Source of the DNA: Clostridia bacterium
GTDB lineage: Bacteria; Bacillota; Clostridia; TANB77; CAG-465
Length of the DNA: 64,000 bases
Direction of reading: 5' to 3'
NCBI GenBank assembly: GCA_026415435.1
Contig: JAOAHC010000020.1
Location: 15,940-79,939 of the forward strand
Below are positions 45,593 to 56,642 of this stretch, one piece after another. The position numbers and the translations under genes were made by a program. The notes under the pieces are model-generated. The model searched no databases. It was not told the DNA's origin and saw nothing but the letters and a program-made list of their open reading frames with translations. How positions within the stretch are numbered: the first letter of the stretch is position 1; every line of letters begins with the position of its first letter.

Positions 45593-45662
45593 ACAGCATA
45601 AAAAACACCTTATATTTATTAACGCTATTAATAAACACAAAGTATTTGTTAAAATTCACTAC

Positions 45663-46475
45663 TTAAGCTTTCACAGCAGCTTTATCTTCTAATCTGATTT
45701 TGTCTGCAATCATAGCTATAAATTCAGAATTTGTAGGCTTTCCTTTGTTTGAATTTACTGTATATCCAAAAATTTTATCATGCATTTCAATTTGCCCTCT
45801 GTTCCAAGCAACCTCAATAGCATGTCTTATTGCTCTTTCTACTCTTGATGGAGTAGTATTAAATCTACTAGCTAAGTTTGGATAAAGAGTTTTTGTTACA
45901 GCGTTTATTATTTCTTCATTTTTTACTGCAGCCAAAATAGCCTCACGTATATATTGATATCCTTTAATATGTGCAGGTACACCAACATCATGAATCATAT
46001 TAGTTACTCTAACTTCTAAATTTGTACTAGTAAATCCAGAGCTTGAAGAATTTTTAGCATAATATACAGGTTGACTTGAAGATATATAACTATTGTCACT
46101 TTCTTTTAAATCTCTCAATCTTTCAACCAGTGTTGCCATATCGAAAGGTTTTACAACATAATATGTAGCTCCTAAAGCTATAGCTTTTTGAGTTATTTTC
46201 TCTTGTCCAATAGCAGACATTATTATTGTAAGAGGTTTTTCTTCTTTCAAATCTCTCAACATTTCTTCTAATACTGTAAGACCATCTTTTTCAGGCATTA
46301 TTATATCTAATAGCAATACATCTGGTTTCTTCTCTTTAATTAATTCCAAAGCATTTTGTCCATCGTATGATATAGATATGACTTCCATATCTGATTGTGA
46401 ATCAATATACATTGCAAGTATTTTTACAAATTCTCTATTGTCATCAACTATCATTACCTTCATTTTACTTTTCAT
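45663..46475 (-). CDS. spo0A: Sporulation master regulator Spo0A
   Basis: Receiver domain ([11 protein letters not shown]...[14 protein letters not shown]) plus the Spo0A-specific C-terminal domain ([15 protein letters not shown]...[18 protein letters not shown]). Confidence 0.95.
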   Translation of the reverse strand: MKSKMKVMIVDDNREFVKILAMYIDSQSDMEVISISYDGQNALELIKEKKPDVLLLDIIMPEKDGLTVLEEMLRDLKEEKPLTIIMSAIGQEKITQKAIALGATYYVVKPFDMATLVERLRDLKESDNSYISSSQPVYYAKNSSSSGFTSTNLEVRVTNMIHDVGVPAHIKGYQYIREAILAAVKNEEIINAVTKTLYPNLASRFNTTPSRVERAIRHAIEVAWNRGQIEMHDKIFGYTVNSNKGKPTNSEFIAMIADKIRLEDKAAVKA

Positions 46476-46571
46476 TAATTCCTCCTAACATTCACCAAAA
46501 TAGTATGTCTCAATTATATATAATTTTTTTGAAAAAATCAAGCGTTTTTGTTATATTTTACCAACGACTTT

Positions 46572-46578
46572 TGTCGAA
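46572..46578 (+). promoter_or_regulatory. 0A-box-like heptamer TGTCGAA upstream of spo0A
   Basis: Exact match to the TGTCGAA consensus, ~100 nt upstream of the spo0A ATG. It sits within CGAC-TTTT-GTCG dyad symmetry. Confidence 0.4.
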
Positions 46579-46732
46579 TATAGCAATTTATATTCTTTTT
46601 TTTAAGATTATATCATATACATTCTTATTTTTTAAAAAATATATTCATTATTGTAGTAGAATTAATATAAAAAATGGAAAATTATAAGAATTAGAATAAG
46701 TAAAACTGAAGAATAAGAAATTCAGTATACAA

Positions 46733-46768
46733 AACAGGGATATATGTTAATTATTTCCCTGTTTTTTT
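46733..46768. terminator. Hairpin terminator downstream of the 111-aa gene (T7 run on plus, T4 on minus)
   Basis: AACAGGGA-(15 nt)-TCCCTGTT followed by TTTTTTT. A second small hairpin ACTGAA..TTCAGT lies at ~46705-46727. Confidence 0.5.
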
Positions 46769-46843
46769 ACTATTATCTTGATAATATTGTGAATGTTATT
46801 GTAATATTTAAAATAATTTTAAGTTTATTTAGCTTATAAATTA

Positions 46844-47179
46844 TTAAGTTACAATATATGGAACAGCTGCCCTTTCAGCCACAGATAAAGCTAAATATGC
46901 AGATTCTGTGATTTGTTGATTTACCCAATCTGGTGTTCCTAATGCATCATTCCAATACCAGTATGAGCTAGTTGCAGTTACATATGCATAATCGGCTAAA
47001 GATGCTGATGGATATGCTGTTGTTAATGCTTCACTTGTAGCAAATTCCCCTTTATAAGTTTCTATGGCAGCAGCTGGTAACTGAGAAACAGGAACCTTAC
47101 CAGTACCATCTAATGTTGCAATACCATCTGCTACGCCTTGTTTGGACTGAAACAATTCATAACTTAATGCACTTGCCAT
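46844..47179 (-). CDS. Orphan small protein resembling a phage tail-fibre N-terminus (111 aa)
   Basis: AAGGAGG RBS before the ATG at 47179. KQGVADGIATLDGTGKVPVSQLP is a motif common in phage tail-fibre and structural proteins. ...YAYVTATSSYWYWNDALGTPDWVN. By eye it is more GC-rich than its flanks. Confidence 0.55.
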   Translation of the reverse strand: MASALSYELFQSKQGVADGIATLDGTGKVPVSQLPAAAIETYKGEFATSEALTTAYPSASLADYAYVTATSSYWYWNDALGTPDWVNQQITESAYLALSVAERAAVPYIVT

Positions 47180-47476
47180 TTTTAAATCCTCCTTTATGGC
47201 ATTACAATCCATAATATACATGGATTATATTTAATAAATTTACACAATTTTTTATAATTATCTTCCGTTATTAATATGAATTCCATAAAAATTTCTCCCA
47301 ACGAATTCTATTAATAAATATTAATAAATTACTAATATTTATTAATATATCTTATGTTTTATTTTTATATTTGTTGACTACCTGTCCAATTATATTAATT
47401 AAAAGCAATTATATATAAAATACATAAATAAAATTTGTTTGATTCTATTTATGTATTCACCAATTTTTTAAATAAT

Positions 47477-47935
47477 CTAACTAAAGTTAAGTTGTACCAA
47501 AGATAATACATCAGTTCCACTCGAAACACTCTGAAGGCTTTTTCCTATTTCTTTATAATTATCTGTGAAGAGTACTATAGGCGTTGAACTTAATTGATAC
47601 ATTCTACCAGAAGTATCACTTACACCACACCAATATCCTAAACTAGAATTTAAACCATTTTTCAATAACACTTGTGCTTTCCCAGATGTTATAACTTTTA
47701 CTGGTGATCCATTTTGAATACCATCTTCATAAATTATTCCTATTGGCATAGAAGAATTGGCTGGAGCAATATCAACCCCATTAGATACTGTCGTTGAAGA
47801 AATTACAATTGTTCCCTTAACACTAGTACCTGTATTATTAATAAATGTTTCGTAAACTCCTCCCTCTGGCGTAAGTCCAATAGTTCCATTACCTAATCTA
47901 TTTGAAAATAAATCATAACTAACTGTTCCACTCAT
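47477..47935 (-). CDS. Orphan small protein (152 aa), loosely DUF2190/capsid-decoration-like
   Basis: GAGGTGA RBS before the ATG at 47935. MSGTVSYDLFSNR...KGTIVISS...MPIGIIYEDGIQNGSPVKVITSGKAQVLLKNG. The family call is weak. Confidence 0.4.
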   Translation of the reverse strand: MSGTVSYDLFSNRLGNGTIGLTPEGGVYETFINNTGTSVKGTIVISSTTVSNGVDIAPANSSMPIGIIYEDGIQNGSPVKVITSGKAQVLLKNGLNSSLGYWCGVSDTSGRMYQLSSTPIVLFTDNYKEIGKSLQSVSSGTDVLSLVQLNFS

Positions 47936-48126
47936 AATTATCACCTCAAAATAATATTCATAGTTTTTATATATTTAATATAATTATATTCTACTTCTAT
48001 TTATTAATTACAGATAAATAAATAATTGCACAAGACTAGTTACTTCTTTTAACTTAATCTTGTACAATTATAAATATATTTTTAATTATCAATTTAGTTT
48101 CTTTTAATGTTGTATTTTTAATAATT

Positions 48127-48339
48127 CTACACCTTATATTCTAAAATATCTCCTGGCTGACATTCTAAAGCTTTACAAATTGCATCTAAAGTTGATAATC
48201 GTATAGCTTTTGCCTTTCCATTTTTTAATATAGAAATATTAGCCATTGTTATCCCTATTTTCTCTGAAAGTTCTGTTACACTCATCTTTCTTTTAGCCAG
48301 CATAACATCAATATTAATTATAATAGCCATCTCACTCAC
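48127..48339 (-). CDS. XRE-family HTH transcriptional regulator (YozG-like, 70 aa)
   Basis: VMLAKRKMSVTELSEKIGITMANISILKNGKAKAIRLSTLDAICKALECQPGDILEY. Coupled to the upstream DUF2975-like gene, with a 1-nt gap. Confidence 0.85.
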   Translation of the reverse strand: MSEMAIIINIDVMLAKRKMSVTELSEKIGITMANISILKNGKAKAIRLSTLDAICKALECQPGDILEYKV

Positions 48340-48340
48340 C

Positions 48341-48820
48341 TCAAACCGTTAAATCATTTTCTGCTTTTATATCTATTGCATTTTTTAATAACTTTTTGAG
48401 AACAGCAGTAAATACCGCAATAACAATTGAAGCAATAATAATAACTAAGTTAAGTGCTGCTACACCTGGTGCATCCTCAACTTCTGCTATAAAAAAGAAG
48501 AATGGAATAATTATAATATACATTATACTAATTGTAATTGCACATTTTTCTATAATATTTAAAGCGTTAACGGATAATTCTGAGAAAGCTTTATTGTTAT
48601 CAATATATTGTAAAAGTTTTAAAGTCTGATATAGTGCACAGTAAAATGGTATTGCTGTTAAGTATAAATAGAATAAGAATATATATTGTATAAAATATGA
48701 TAACGTCCTATTTTCTACCGATACAACAGTTCCATAAAGTAAAAAAACACACAATGAAAGAACCATAATCCCTACAATAAAAACAACTGCCTTTAAAAAT
48801 AATGTTGAACCTTGTTTCAT
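48341..48820 (-). CDS. DUF2975-like four-TM membrane protein
   Basis: A polytopic protein immediately upstream of a YozG-like HTH gene, which is the classic DUF2975 pairing. Start set at the ATG at 48820 (AGAGGTG RBS). Confidence 0.6.
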   Translation of the reverse strand: MKQGSTLFLKAVVFIVGIMVLSLCVFLLYGTVVSVENRTLSYFIQYIFLFYLYLTAIPFYCALYQTLKLLQYIDNNKAFSELSVNALNIIEKCAITISIMYIIIIPFFFFIAEVEDAPGVAALNLVIIIASIVIAVFTAVLKKLLKNAIDIKAENDLTV

Positions 48821-49043
48821 AAAAAACACCTCTTACTTATTATAGGCATATTTTAACACAGTATTTATCGTTTGTCAATAAATATTTATTATTTTGAATT
48901 ATATATATCTCTATTACACTTGATAAGATGCTAAATTTTAGATTGTTTTAATTTTAACTCCCCGCAAAAAGAGTATACCACACTAGTAACACTCTTTTAT
49001 AACCATTATGACAATCTTTTATTATTTTATAATTAATTAAATT

Positions 49044-50060
49044 CTAAAATCTTTTTATTTTAACTGCATTTCCTTTTTCTAATAGTTCTATGTGATTTAA
49101 TGCCTTACCTGTTCCTATAGCAACACAAGAAACTGCGTCTTCTGCAACTGTAACTGGTATACCTGTTCTTTCTTGAAGTAGCTTGTCTAAACCGTAGATA
49201 AGTCCGCCGCCACCAGTTATAACTATTCCTTTTTCCGATATATCTGCTGAAAGCTCAGGTGGGGTTTCCTCTAGTACAAGATGTACACCTTCTATTATCT
49301 GTTCTGCACATTCCTTTAATGCCTCTAACATTTCTTCAGAATTAGTTTCAACTTCAACTGGAAGTCCAGACGTAAGATCTCTACCCTTAATTTTCATTCT
49401 CTCCGTTACTGTTTTAGGATACATACAACCTATATTTATTTTTATTTCTTCAGCCGTTCTTTCTCCTATTATAACATTATACTTTCTCTTTATGTATTTT
49501 ATAATTGCGTCGTCAAATTTATCTCCTGCAACTTTTAATGATTTGCTTTTTACAGACCCGCCTAAAGCTATTACAGCGATATCAGCGGTACCACCACCAA
49601 TATCCACTATCATTGTTCCATGTGGTTTACAAATATCAACATTTGCTCCAATTGCTGCAGCAATTGGTTCTTCTATTAAATATACTCTTCTTGCTCCTGC
49701 ATGATTTGCAGCATCAATAACAGCTTTTTTTTCAACTTCCGTAACGCATGACGGAACGCATATCATTATTCTTGGAGAAAAAACAAATTTGCCGCACACT
49801 TTATTTATAAAATACTTTAACATTTTTTCTGTTATAGTATAATCCGATATAACCCCATCTTTTAATGGTCTTATAGCAACAATATTCCCTGGTGTTCTTC
49901 CAAGCATCTTTCTTGCCTCTTCACCTACTGACAAAACCTCGTTAGTATCTTTATCAATTGCAACAACAGAAGGCTCACGTAAAACTATGCCTTTTCCTTT
50001 TACATAAACTAATATCGTTGCAGTTCCTAAATCTATACCAATATCTTGACCAAATAACAT
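49044..50060 (-). CDS. mreB: Rod-shape-determining protein MreB/Mbl
   Basis: DIGIDLGTATILVY, EPSVVA, VYLIEEPIAAAIGA, MIVDIGGGTADIAV, IVITGGGGL. Confidence 0.9.
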   Translation of the reverse strand: MLFGQDIGIDLGTATILVYVKGKGIVLREPSVVAIDKDTNEVLSVGEEARKMLGRTPGNIVAIRPLKDGVISDYTITEKMLKYFINKVCGKFVFSPRIMICVPSCVTEVEKKAVIDAANHAGARRVYLIEEPIAAAIGANVDICKPHGTMIVDIGGGTADIAVIALGGSVKSKSLKVAGDKFDDAIIKYIKRKYNVIIGERTAEEIKINIGCMYPKTVTERMKIKGRDLTSGLPVEVETNSEEMLEALKECAEQIIEGVHLVLEETPPELSADISEKGIVITGGGGLIYGLDKLLQERTGIPVTVAEDAVSCVAIGTGKALNHIELLEKGNAVKIKRF

Positions 50061-50261
50061 ATATTACCCCCAAGCTATTTATTTTCTGTTACAATTATAT
50101 TACATTTTCGTTGCATTTGCAATATATTAAGACAATTTTTATATATTATTTTATTACTTGTTTATGTTGTTTTTTGAGATTGCCTATTTGTATAATTTGT
50201 GGTATACTATATTTATAACAAACAGATTAAATAATCTCTTTTATTAAGGAGGGTACTACTT

Positions 50262-50561
50262 ATGAATAACTATTTAAGTATGAATTGCACTGATACAGAA
50301 AATTTAATTAAAGACTTGAAAGAAAGTATAGACAAAAGTAGATTATATTTACCGATTAGTTTAGTATCATCACTCCTTAGTTATTTACCTCCAAGTGCGG
50401 GATATAGTTCATTTGAGTGTATTCCAGGCATAGTCATTACAATTTTATACATTCCCGAAAATGATATGTATCTTGCCGTACAGGTGTCTAAAACAAATGA
50501 ATATTATGATAATCATGAGAATTTACTAAAGAAAACCCTTAATTATTTAGTTATGAATTAA
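50262..50561 (+). CDS. Hypothetical protein (99 aa)
   Basis: Strong AAGGAGGG RBS. No motif recognised. Confidence 0.45.
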   Translation: MNNYLSMNCTDTENLIKDLKESIDKSRLYLPISLVSSLLSYLPPSAGYSSFECIPGIVITILYIPENDMYLAVQVSKTNEYYDNHENLLKKTLNYLVMN

Positions 50562-50647
50562 ATATAAAAAATGAAGAACATTGACTTTGCAACTGCAATT
50601 TCAATGTTCTTTTCTTATTTTTGATTATATTTAAATTCAAATGCATA

Positions 50648-51106
50648 TCAATTATTTAATATATATATTGAATAATTAAGTATCCCAGCAAATATTAACC
50701 ACAATAAGTATGGTATTTGTAATAACGCTACCTTTGGTTTTATTTTGTAAAATAATACTATCATATATATAACCGTAACTAACAATAATATAAGCCATAT
50801 TAGCGCAAGTAATCTAAGTTGCAATCCAAAAAATATATAACTCCATATCACATTTATAAATAATTGTATGAAATATACATTCAGTGCTCTTTTAGTGTTT
50901 TTAGAACCACTCTCATATATCATATATGCTGATATTCCCATTAAAACATAAAGTATCGTCCACATAATTGGAAATATGTATGAAGGTGGAGCAAAACTGG
51001 GTTTTGTCAAGTTATTATATATATCAAAATCACCTAGAAATGATCCTAAAAAACCTATAAACAAAGTTCCAAAAATAAATAATAATAACTCTTTTATCTT
51101 TATCAT
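50648..51106 (-). CDS. tspO: TspO/MBR tryptophan-rich sensory protein
   Basis: KPSFAPPSYIFPIMWTILYVLMGISAY...WSYIFFG...PYLLW. Start set at MIKIKE (AGGTGA RBS). Confidence 0.85.
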   Translation of the reverse strand: MIKIKELLLFIFGTLFIGFLGSFLGDFDIYNNLTKPSFAPPSYIFPIMWTILYVLMGISAYMIYESGSKNTKRALNVYFIQLFINVIWSYIFFGLQLRLLALIWLILLLVTVIYMIVLFYKIKPKVALLQIPYLLWLIFAGILNYSIYILNN

Positions 51107-51155
51107 ATAATCACCTATATAAATAATATGCATATGAATCAATAATTTATGATTT

Positions 51156-54100
51156 TTAAACCATTTTTATTGAAATAATCTTAGATATACCATATTCTTG
51201 CATTGTTACACCATAAACCGATGAAGCTACTTCCATAGTACCTTTTCTATGTGTTATAACTATAAACTGTGTATCTTTTGAGTATTTCTTTATATACTCA
51301 GCAAATCTATGAACATTTACATCATCCAAAGCTGCCTCTATTTCATCTAAAATACAAAAAGGAGGTGACTTAATCTTAAGTATTGCAAATAGTAAAGCTG
51401 TTGCAGTTAAAGCTCTTTCACCACCAGAAAGTAGCATCATACTTTGAAGTTTTTTACCAGGTGGCTGAACCTCGATATCAATTCCACTTTCTAATATATT
51501 AGATTCATCACTAAGTTTAAGCTCTGCCCTACCACCACCAAATAATTCTTTGAAAGTACTACTAAAGTTTTCATTTATAACTTTGAAATTTTTAGAAAAT
51601 TGCTGTTTCATAATACTAGTCATATTTGCAATTAGATTCTCAAGTTTTATTTTTGTTTCTTCCAAATCATTTTTTTGAGTAGATATAAAATCATATCTTT
51701 CTTTTGTGGTTTTATATTCTTCTATTGAGTCTACGTCAACACTTCCTAATTCTTTTATCTCTTTTCTTATCTTCTCTGCTTTTTTATCAATATTTTCATC
51801 TTCTATTTCTGTTATATTTAACGATTCTAAATGTTGCTTTGCACTTGAAATAGTGTACTCATACTCATTCCACATCATATTCTTAAGATTTTCTATTTCA
51901 ATATCAAATTTAACTTTTTTATTTTCAACCTTTGAAACTTCTTCTTTTATTTTGTTAACTTTGTTCACACTTTGAAGCATTTTAAGCTCCAATATGTCCT
52001 GCTTTTCTGCACATTCAGATTTTTCTTTTCTTAAATTCTCAGAAATATTTGTATATTCTTCCTTAAACTCAATTATTTGTTCGATTTCTTGATTTAATTT
52101 GTTAACTACAAATTTATTATTTTCTATCTCACTATTATATATTTCTATCTGTTGTTTCTTTTTACCAATAGCAACCTCAAAATTAGAAATATCTTGATCT
52201 ATTTTAAGTTTCATTTCTTCTATTGCAATTACACTTTCATCAAATGAAGAAAGTGAGATCTTTAGATTAACTATATCTTCATTTAAATAATTTATATTCT
52301 TTTCTTTTTCTTTGTTAAACCTAACATATTCATCTATTACTAATTGCTTTTCATTAATACTTCCATCTATATTTTGGATTTCAGCATTATTTTTTTCAAT
52401 AGTTTGCTCAAACCTCTGATTCTCATCTATAAGTTTAACTTTTAGTTCATTATTTAATTCTTTAGATTTTTCAAGTCTACTTATTTCACTCAAAATATTT
52501 TGATATTTCTCATTTAGAGTTGCTAATTCAATTTTTAAAGCATCAAAAACCTCTTTACTACTAATAAGTTCATCTTGAATAGTTTTAATGCTTAAATCAT
52601 GATTATGAACCTCACTAGTTATTTTTACAAGCTCCTTTTCGTAAACTTCAATGTCAGATTTTAGTTTTAGTATCTTCTCACTTCTACCAATAAGTCCTGT
52701 AGTCTTATTAGATACATGTCCTCCTGTCATACTTCCAGTTTGTGATATAAGTTCACCCGATAAAGTAACAATTTTTACACTGTTTTTAGTTTTTTTAGCA
52801 ATCTCGACCGCATTATCTATATTGTCAACTATAATTGTCTTATTTAATGCTAAACCTATTACATTTTCATACTTCTTATCATATTTAACAAGATCCGTAG
52901 CAAGCCCTAAAAATCCAGTAAGGTTCTTATACTTTTCATCACTATCATTTTCATACTTTTTAATTAAGTTAATAGGCAAAAAAGTAGCTCTACCATATGA
53001 ATTTTGTTTTAAATAATTTATCAGATTTTTAGCATCAGTTTCTGTTTCTACAACTATATTTTGAACATATCCGCCAAGAGCTATTTCAATAGCATATTCA
53101 TATTTTTCAGAAGTTGAAATAAGGCTTGCAACGGTTCCATAAACTCCCATAAGTTTAGATGATTTAGAATAATCTAAAACACTTTTAACACTTTTATAAT
53201 AACCTTCATTTTCATGTTCTAAATTATTTAAATAATTATATTTAGATTTTAAGGTCATTATTTCTTGTTTTAGTTCTTGTTCTTTCTTAGAAATCTCTAT
53301 TCTATTTATATTATAACTACTAATTTCTTCTTCTTTTGTTTTGATTATTATCTCATATTTTTTAAGCTCAGAGTTTTTCTTTAATATATCTGAACTTAAA
53401 TCATCTTTTTGAGTATTAATGCTATCTTTTTGATATATATTTTTATTTTCGCTACTAGATATGTTTTCTATTTGTTTTAAATTAGCATTAATGGTCGCAG
53501 TATAACTGCTATTTTTTAATCTTAGTTCATTTTTTAACTCATTGAGTTTCTCAACTTCATTTTTTAAATTTTCCTTTTGAAGCTCTTTTTCATCCATTGA
53601 ACTTAATATACTATTTAGTTCTTGTGTTTTTTCTGATAACTCCGTTTCAAATCTAATTTTATTTTGACTCAAACTTTCTTTTTTTTCTAATCTTTTTTTA
53701 ATTTCATCTCTAAGAAGAGCTATGTTTTCAGTATCTTGATTAATTTCTAAACCAAGTCTCTCAATATTTAATTTATTGTTTGAAGTTTTTTCATTAGTAA
53801 GATTTATATTATAGTTTAATCTATCTAATTCATTTTCCATTTCATAATATTTAGTTTGGTTTTCTTCTAATTTATTTAATATTTCATCTAGTCTTTCTTT
53901 AATATTTAATTTTGCCTTTTCAAGTTCTATTGCAGTATCTTCTTCTAACTTTTGATCATTTTGTAATGTTTCAATTAAATCATTTAATTCACTTAACTTT
54001 TCAGCATTTTGTTTAACATTCTTTAAAAATAATTTTACATCAAGTAATTTTAAATTTTCTTTAAGATTTAAATATTTTTTTGCAACACTTGCTTTTTGTT

Positions 54101-54716
54101 CCAATATTCCAATATTTTTTTCAATTTCAGTCAAAACGTCGTTTACTCTTGATAAGTTTACATTAGTATTTTCAAGTTTTCTTGATGATTCATCTTTTCT
54201 AGTCCTATACTTTACTATACCAGAAGCCTCTTCAAAAATCGCTCTACGTTCTTCAGATTTACTAGATAATATCTCGTCAATCTTACCTTGACTTATTATG
54301 CTATATCCATCTTTTCCTATACCAGTATCCATGAAAAGCTCTTGAATATCTTTAAGTCTACAATCAGAATTATTTATATAGTATCCACTCTCACCAGTTC
54401 TATATAATCTTCTAGTTAATACAACTTCGCTATATTCAACAGGTAAGACATTATCCGAATTATCTAAATATAGACTAACCTCAGCAAAGCCAACTCTTTT
54501 TCTGTTTTCAGTACCTGAGAATATGACATCTTCCATTTTAGAGCCACGCAGTGACTTTATACTTTGTTCACCTAAAACCCATCTAATTGCATCCGAAATA
54601 TTACTCTTTCCACTACCATTAGGGCCCACGATTGTAGTAATACCATTTAAAAATTCTACACTTGTTTTATCTGCAAAGGATTTAAATCCTTGTATTTCTA
54701 TCTTTTTTAATTGCAT
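51156..54716 (-). CDS. smc: Chromosome segregation protein SMC
   Basis: 1186 aa. Walker A GPNGSGKSN, long coiled coils, a hinge (GVYGTVASLI...), signature LSGGERALTA, and Walker B FCILDEIEAALD. Confidence 0.95.
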   Translation of the reverse strand: MQLKKIEIQGFKSFADKTSVEFLNGITTIVGPNGSGKSNISDAIRWVLGEQSIKSLRGSKMEDVIFSGTENRKRVGFAEVSLYLDNSDNVLPVEYSEVVLTRRLYRTGESGYYINNSDCRLKDIQELFMDTGIGKDGYSIISQGKIDEILSSKSEERRAIFEEASGIVKYRTRKDESSRKLENTNVNLSRVNDVLTEIEKNIGILEQKASVAKKYLNLKENLKLLDVKLFLKNVKQNAEKLSELNDLIETLQNDQKLEEDTAIELEKAKLNIKERLDEILNKLEENQTKYYEMENELDRLNYNINLTNEKTSNNKLNIERLGLEINQDTENIALLRDEIKKRLEKKESLSQNKIRFETELSEKTQELNSILSSMDEKELQKENLKNEVEKLNELKNELRLKNSSYTATINANLKQIENISSSENKNIYQKDSINTQKDDLSSDILKKNSELKKYEIIIKTKEEEISSYNINRIEISKKEQELKQEIMTLKSKYNYLNNLEHENEGYYKSVKSVLDYSKSSKLMGVYGTVASLISTSEKYEYAIEIALGGYVQNIVVETETDAKNLINYLKQNSYGRATFLPINLIKKYENDSDEKYKNLTGFLGLATDLVKYDKKYENVIGLALNKTIIVDNIDNAVEIAKKTKNSVKIVTLSGELISQTGSMTGGHVSNKTTGLIGRSEKILKLKSDIEVYEKELVKITSEVHNHDLSIKTIQDELISSKEVFDALKIELATLNEKYQNILSEISRLEKSKELNNELKVKLIDENQRFEQTIEKNNAEIQNIDGSINEKQLVIDEYVRFNKEKEKNINYLNEDIVNLKISLSSFDESVIAIEEMKLKIDQDISNFEVAIGKKKQQIEIYNSEIENNKFVVNKLNQEIEQIIEFKEEYTNISENLRKEKSECAEKQDILELKMLQSVNKVNKIKEEVSKVENKKVKFDIEIENLKNMMWNEYEYTISSAKQHLESLNITEIEDENIDKKAEKIRKEIKELGSVDVDSIEEYKTTKERYDFISTQKNDLEETKIKLENLIANMTSIMKQQFSKNFKVINENFSSTFKELFGGGRAELKLSDESNILESGIDIEVQPPGKKLQSMMLLSGGERALTATALLFAILKIKSPPFCILDEIEAALDDVNVHRFAEYIKKYSKDTQFIVITHRKGTMEVASSVYGVTMQEYGISKIISIKMV

Positions 54717-54991
54717 ATTTTTCTCCTTAAAATATGGTTTATAACTATAAAAGAGATTATATTACAAAATATACAAAAAATCAATAATTTAAGTTATTAT
54801 AGTGCTAAAGATTTCGCTAATAAATCACCTTATTATAGCTTTTTATAACTAGTATTTGGAATAAAAAATAAAATAACATCCTGTTATTTACTATTTTTTG
54901 TAAATATATTGAACTAAGTCCTTTTTTGTAGTATAATTAAGTTGTATCAAATTACCTTTTAAAAATTACTATTTTTAAAGGAGGATTCTGT

Positions 54992-55258
54992 ATGTATATT
55001 AACAATATAAGTACAAATGATACAGAAGAAAATATAAAAGTTGGGTCATATTTGATTGTTGAGATTTCGATTAATGGTCAAGTTGAACCGCCTTGCGAAT
55101 TACACGTTGTAGATAAACCATTAGGATCATACTTAGAGGATAATGAAGCTTCTATAAATGGTACTATGGTAAAATCACTCATAGATAAAAAAAGTGACAC
55201 TATATATTATTCTATAGGAGAAAATAAGTTTGTTGTTAGATTACTAGCTATTCATTAA
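54992..55258 (+). CDS. Hypothetical 88-aa protein, loosely GreA C-terminal-domain-like
   Basis: AAGGAGG RBS. IKVGSYLIVEISINGQ...ELHVVDK...ASINGTMVKSLIDKKSDT resembles the pattern V.GS.V....e..y.IV....IS..SP...AL.GKK.GD. Weak. Confidence 0.35.
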   Translation: MYINNISTNDTEENIKVGSYLIVEISINGQVEPPCELHVVDKPLGSYLEDNEASINGTMVKSLIDKKSDTIYYSIGENKFVVRLLAIH

Positions 55259-55326
55259 CAGCATAATTTTCTTCATGATAGCAAAAAACTAAAAGTAATA
55301 AATTTACTTTTAGTTTTTTCTACTTC

Positions 55327-56619
55327 TTAAGATTCTGTATTCATAAAATCTTTTAATTTTTTACTTCTACTTGGATGTCTTAGTTTTCTTAATGCTTTTG
55401 CCTCAATTTGCCTTATTCTTTCACGAGTAACCATAAATTCTTTTCCCACTTCCTCAAGAGTTCTCATTCTTCCATCTTCTAGTCCAAATCTTAACTTTAG
55501 AACTTTAGCTTCCCTTGGAGTAAGAGTAGTCATTACATCTTCAATATGTTCTCTTAAAAGTGCATCAGCAGCTTGTTCAGACGGAGATGGTGCATCCTCA
55601 TCTGGTATAAAGTTACCTAAATTACTTTCTTCCTCCTCACCTACTGGTGTTTCCAAAGATATCGGTTCTTGTGCAACCTTTAATATTTCTCTTACTTTAT
55701 CAACTGACATTTCAAGTTCAGAAGCTATTTCTTCTGGTGTAGGTTCCCTACCCAAAACTTGAAGTAAATGTCTAGATGTACGTATTAATTTATTTATAGT
55801 TTCTACCATATGTACAGGTATTCTTATAGTTCTTGCTTGATCAGCAATAGCTCTTGTTATAGCCTGTCTTATCCACCAAGTAGCATATGTACTAAACTTA
55901 TATCCTCTTGACTGATCAAACTTATCTACTGCTTTTATAAGTCCAAGATTTCCTTCTTGAATTAGATCTAAAAGGTGCATTCCTCTACCTATATATCTTT
56001 TAGCAATACTAACAACTAGTCTTAAGTTAGATTCTACCAATTCTTTTTTTGCCTGCTTATCTCCTTGAAGCATCTTTTCCGCCAAAACATTTTCTTCTTC
56101 AAATGTAAGAAGCTTTATTTTACCTATTTCTTTTAAAAACATTCTTACAGGATCATCAACATTTATATTTTCAACAAATGACATATCACTTATATCTTCA
56201 AGTAAAATATCTTTTTCTATCTCACTTAAGTCTTCTAAATTAGGTTCTATATCTAGTTCAGACATAGTTCCAATACCCTCTAATGGAATCTTCTTTATAA
56301 TTGCTTCTTCATCTAAATTTCCTATATCAAAATCATCTAAATCAGTTTCTTCCTCTTTTGAAGTTTCAATTAAATCAATATTTTCTCTTTTACCTTCTTC
56401 TTTTTGTTCATCAATTAATATCTCCAAATTTACTTTTGCAAGTTCATCATAAAGTTTAGCAACTTGTTCCGGTGTATATTCATTTCCACCCAAAAAATCA
56501 ACTACTTCTTTGTATGTTACTTTATTTTTTTCCACAGAATTCTTAACAAAATCTTTTATTTTCTCATCGTTTACTTTTATTTTGCTTTTAGATTTTTTTT
56601 CTTCCTCTTTATTCATCAA
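55327..56619 (-). CDS. rpoD: RNA polymerase primary sigma factor (SigA/RpoD)
   Basis: Acidic region 1, then [69 protein letters not shown]. Confidence 0.95.
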   Translation of the reverse strand: MMNKEEEKKSKSKIKVNDEKIKDFVKNSVEKNKVTYKEVVDFLGGNEYTPEQVAKLYDELAKVNLEILIDEQKEEGKRENIDLIETSKEEETDLDDFDIGNLDEEAIIKKIPLEGIGTMSELDIEPNLEDLSEIEKDILLEDISDMSFVENINVDDPVRMFLKEIGKIKLLTFEEENVLAEKMLQGDKQAKKELVESNLRLVVSIAKRYIGRGMHLLDLIQEGNLGLIKAVDKFDQSRGYKFSTYATWWIRQAITRAIADQARTIRIPVHMVETINKLIRTSRHLLQVLGREPTPEEIASELEMSVDKVREILKVAQEPISLETPVGEEEESNLGNFIPDEDAPSPSEQAADALLREHIEDVMTTLTPREAKVLKLRFGLEDGRMRTLEEVGKEFMVTRERIRQIEAKALRKLRHPSRSKKLKDFMNTES

Positions 56620-56642
56620 TAATCCTCCGTTCGATATTTTTT

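Noticed and set aside
46640-46768. Possible plus-strand small RNA divergent from spo0A (weak promoter, small hairpin, strong T7 terminator)
   Set aside because: The promoter match is poor (3/6 at -35). The hairpins also serve as tandem terminators for the minus-strand gene ending at 46844. I kept it only as a terminator feature.
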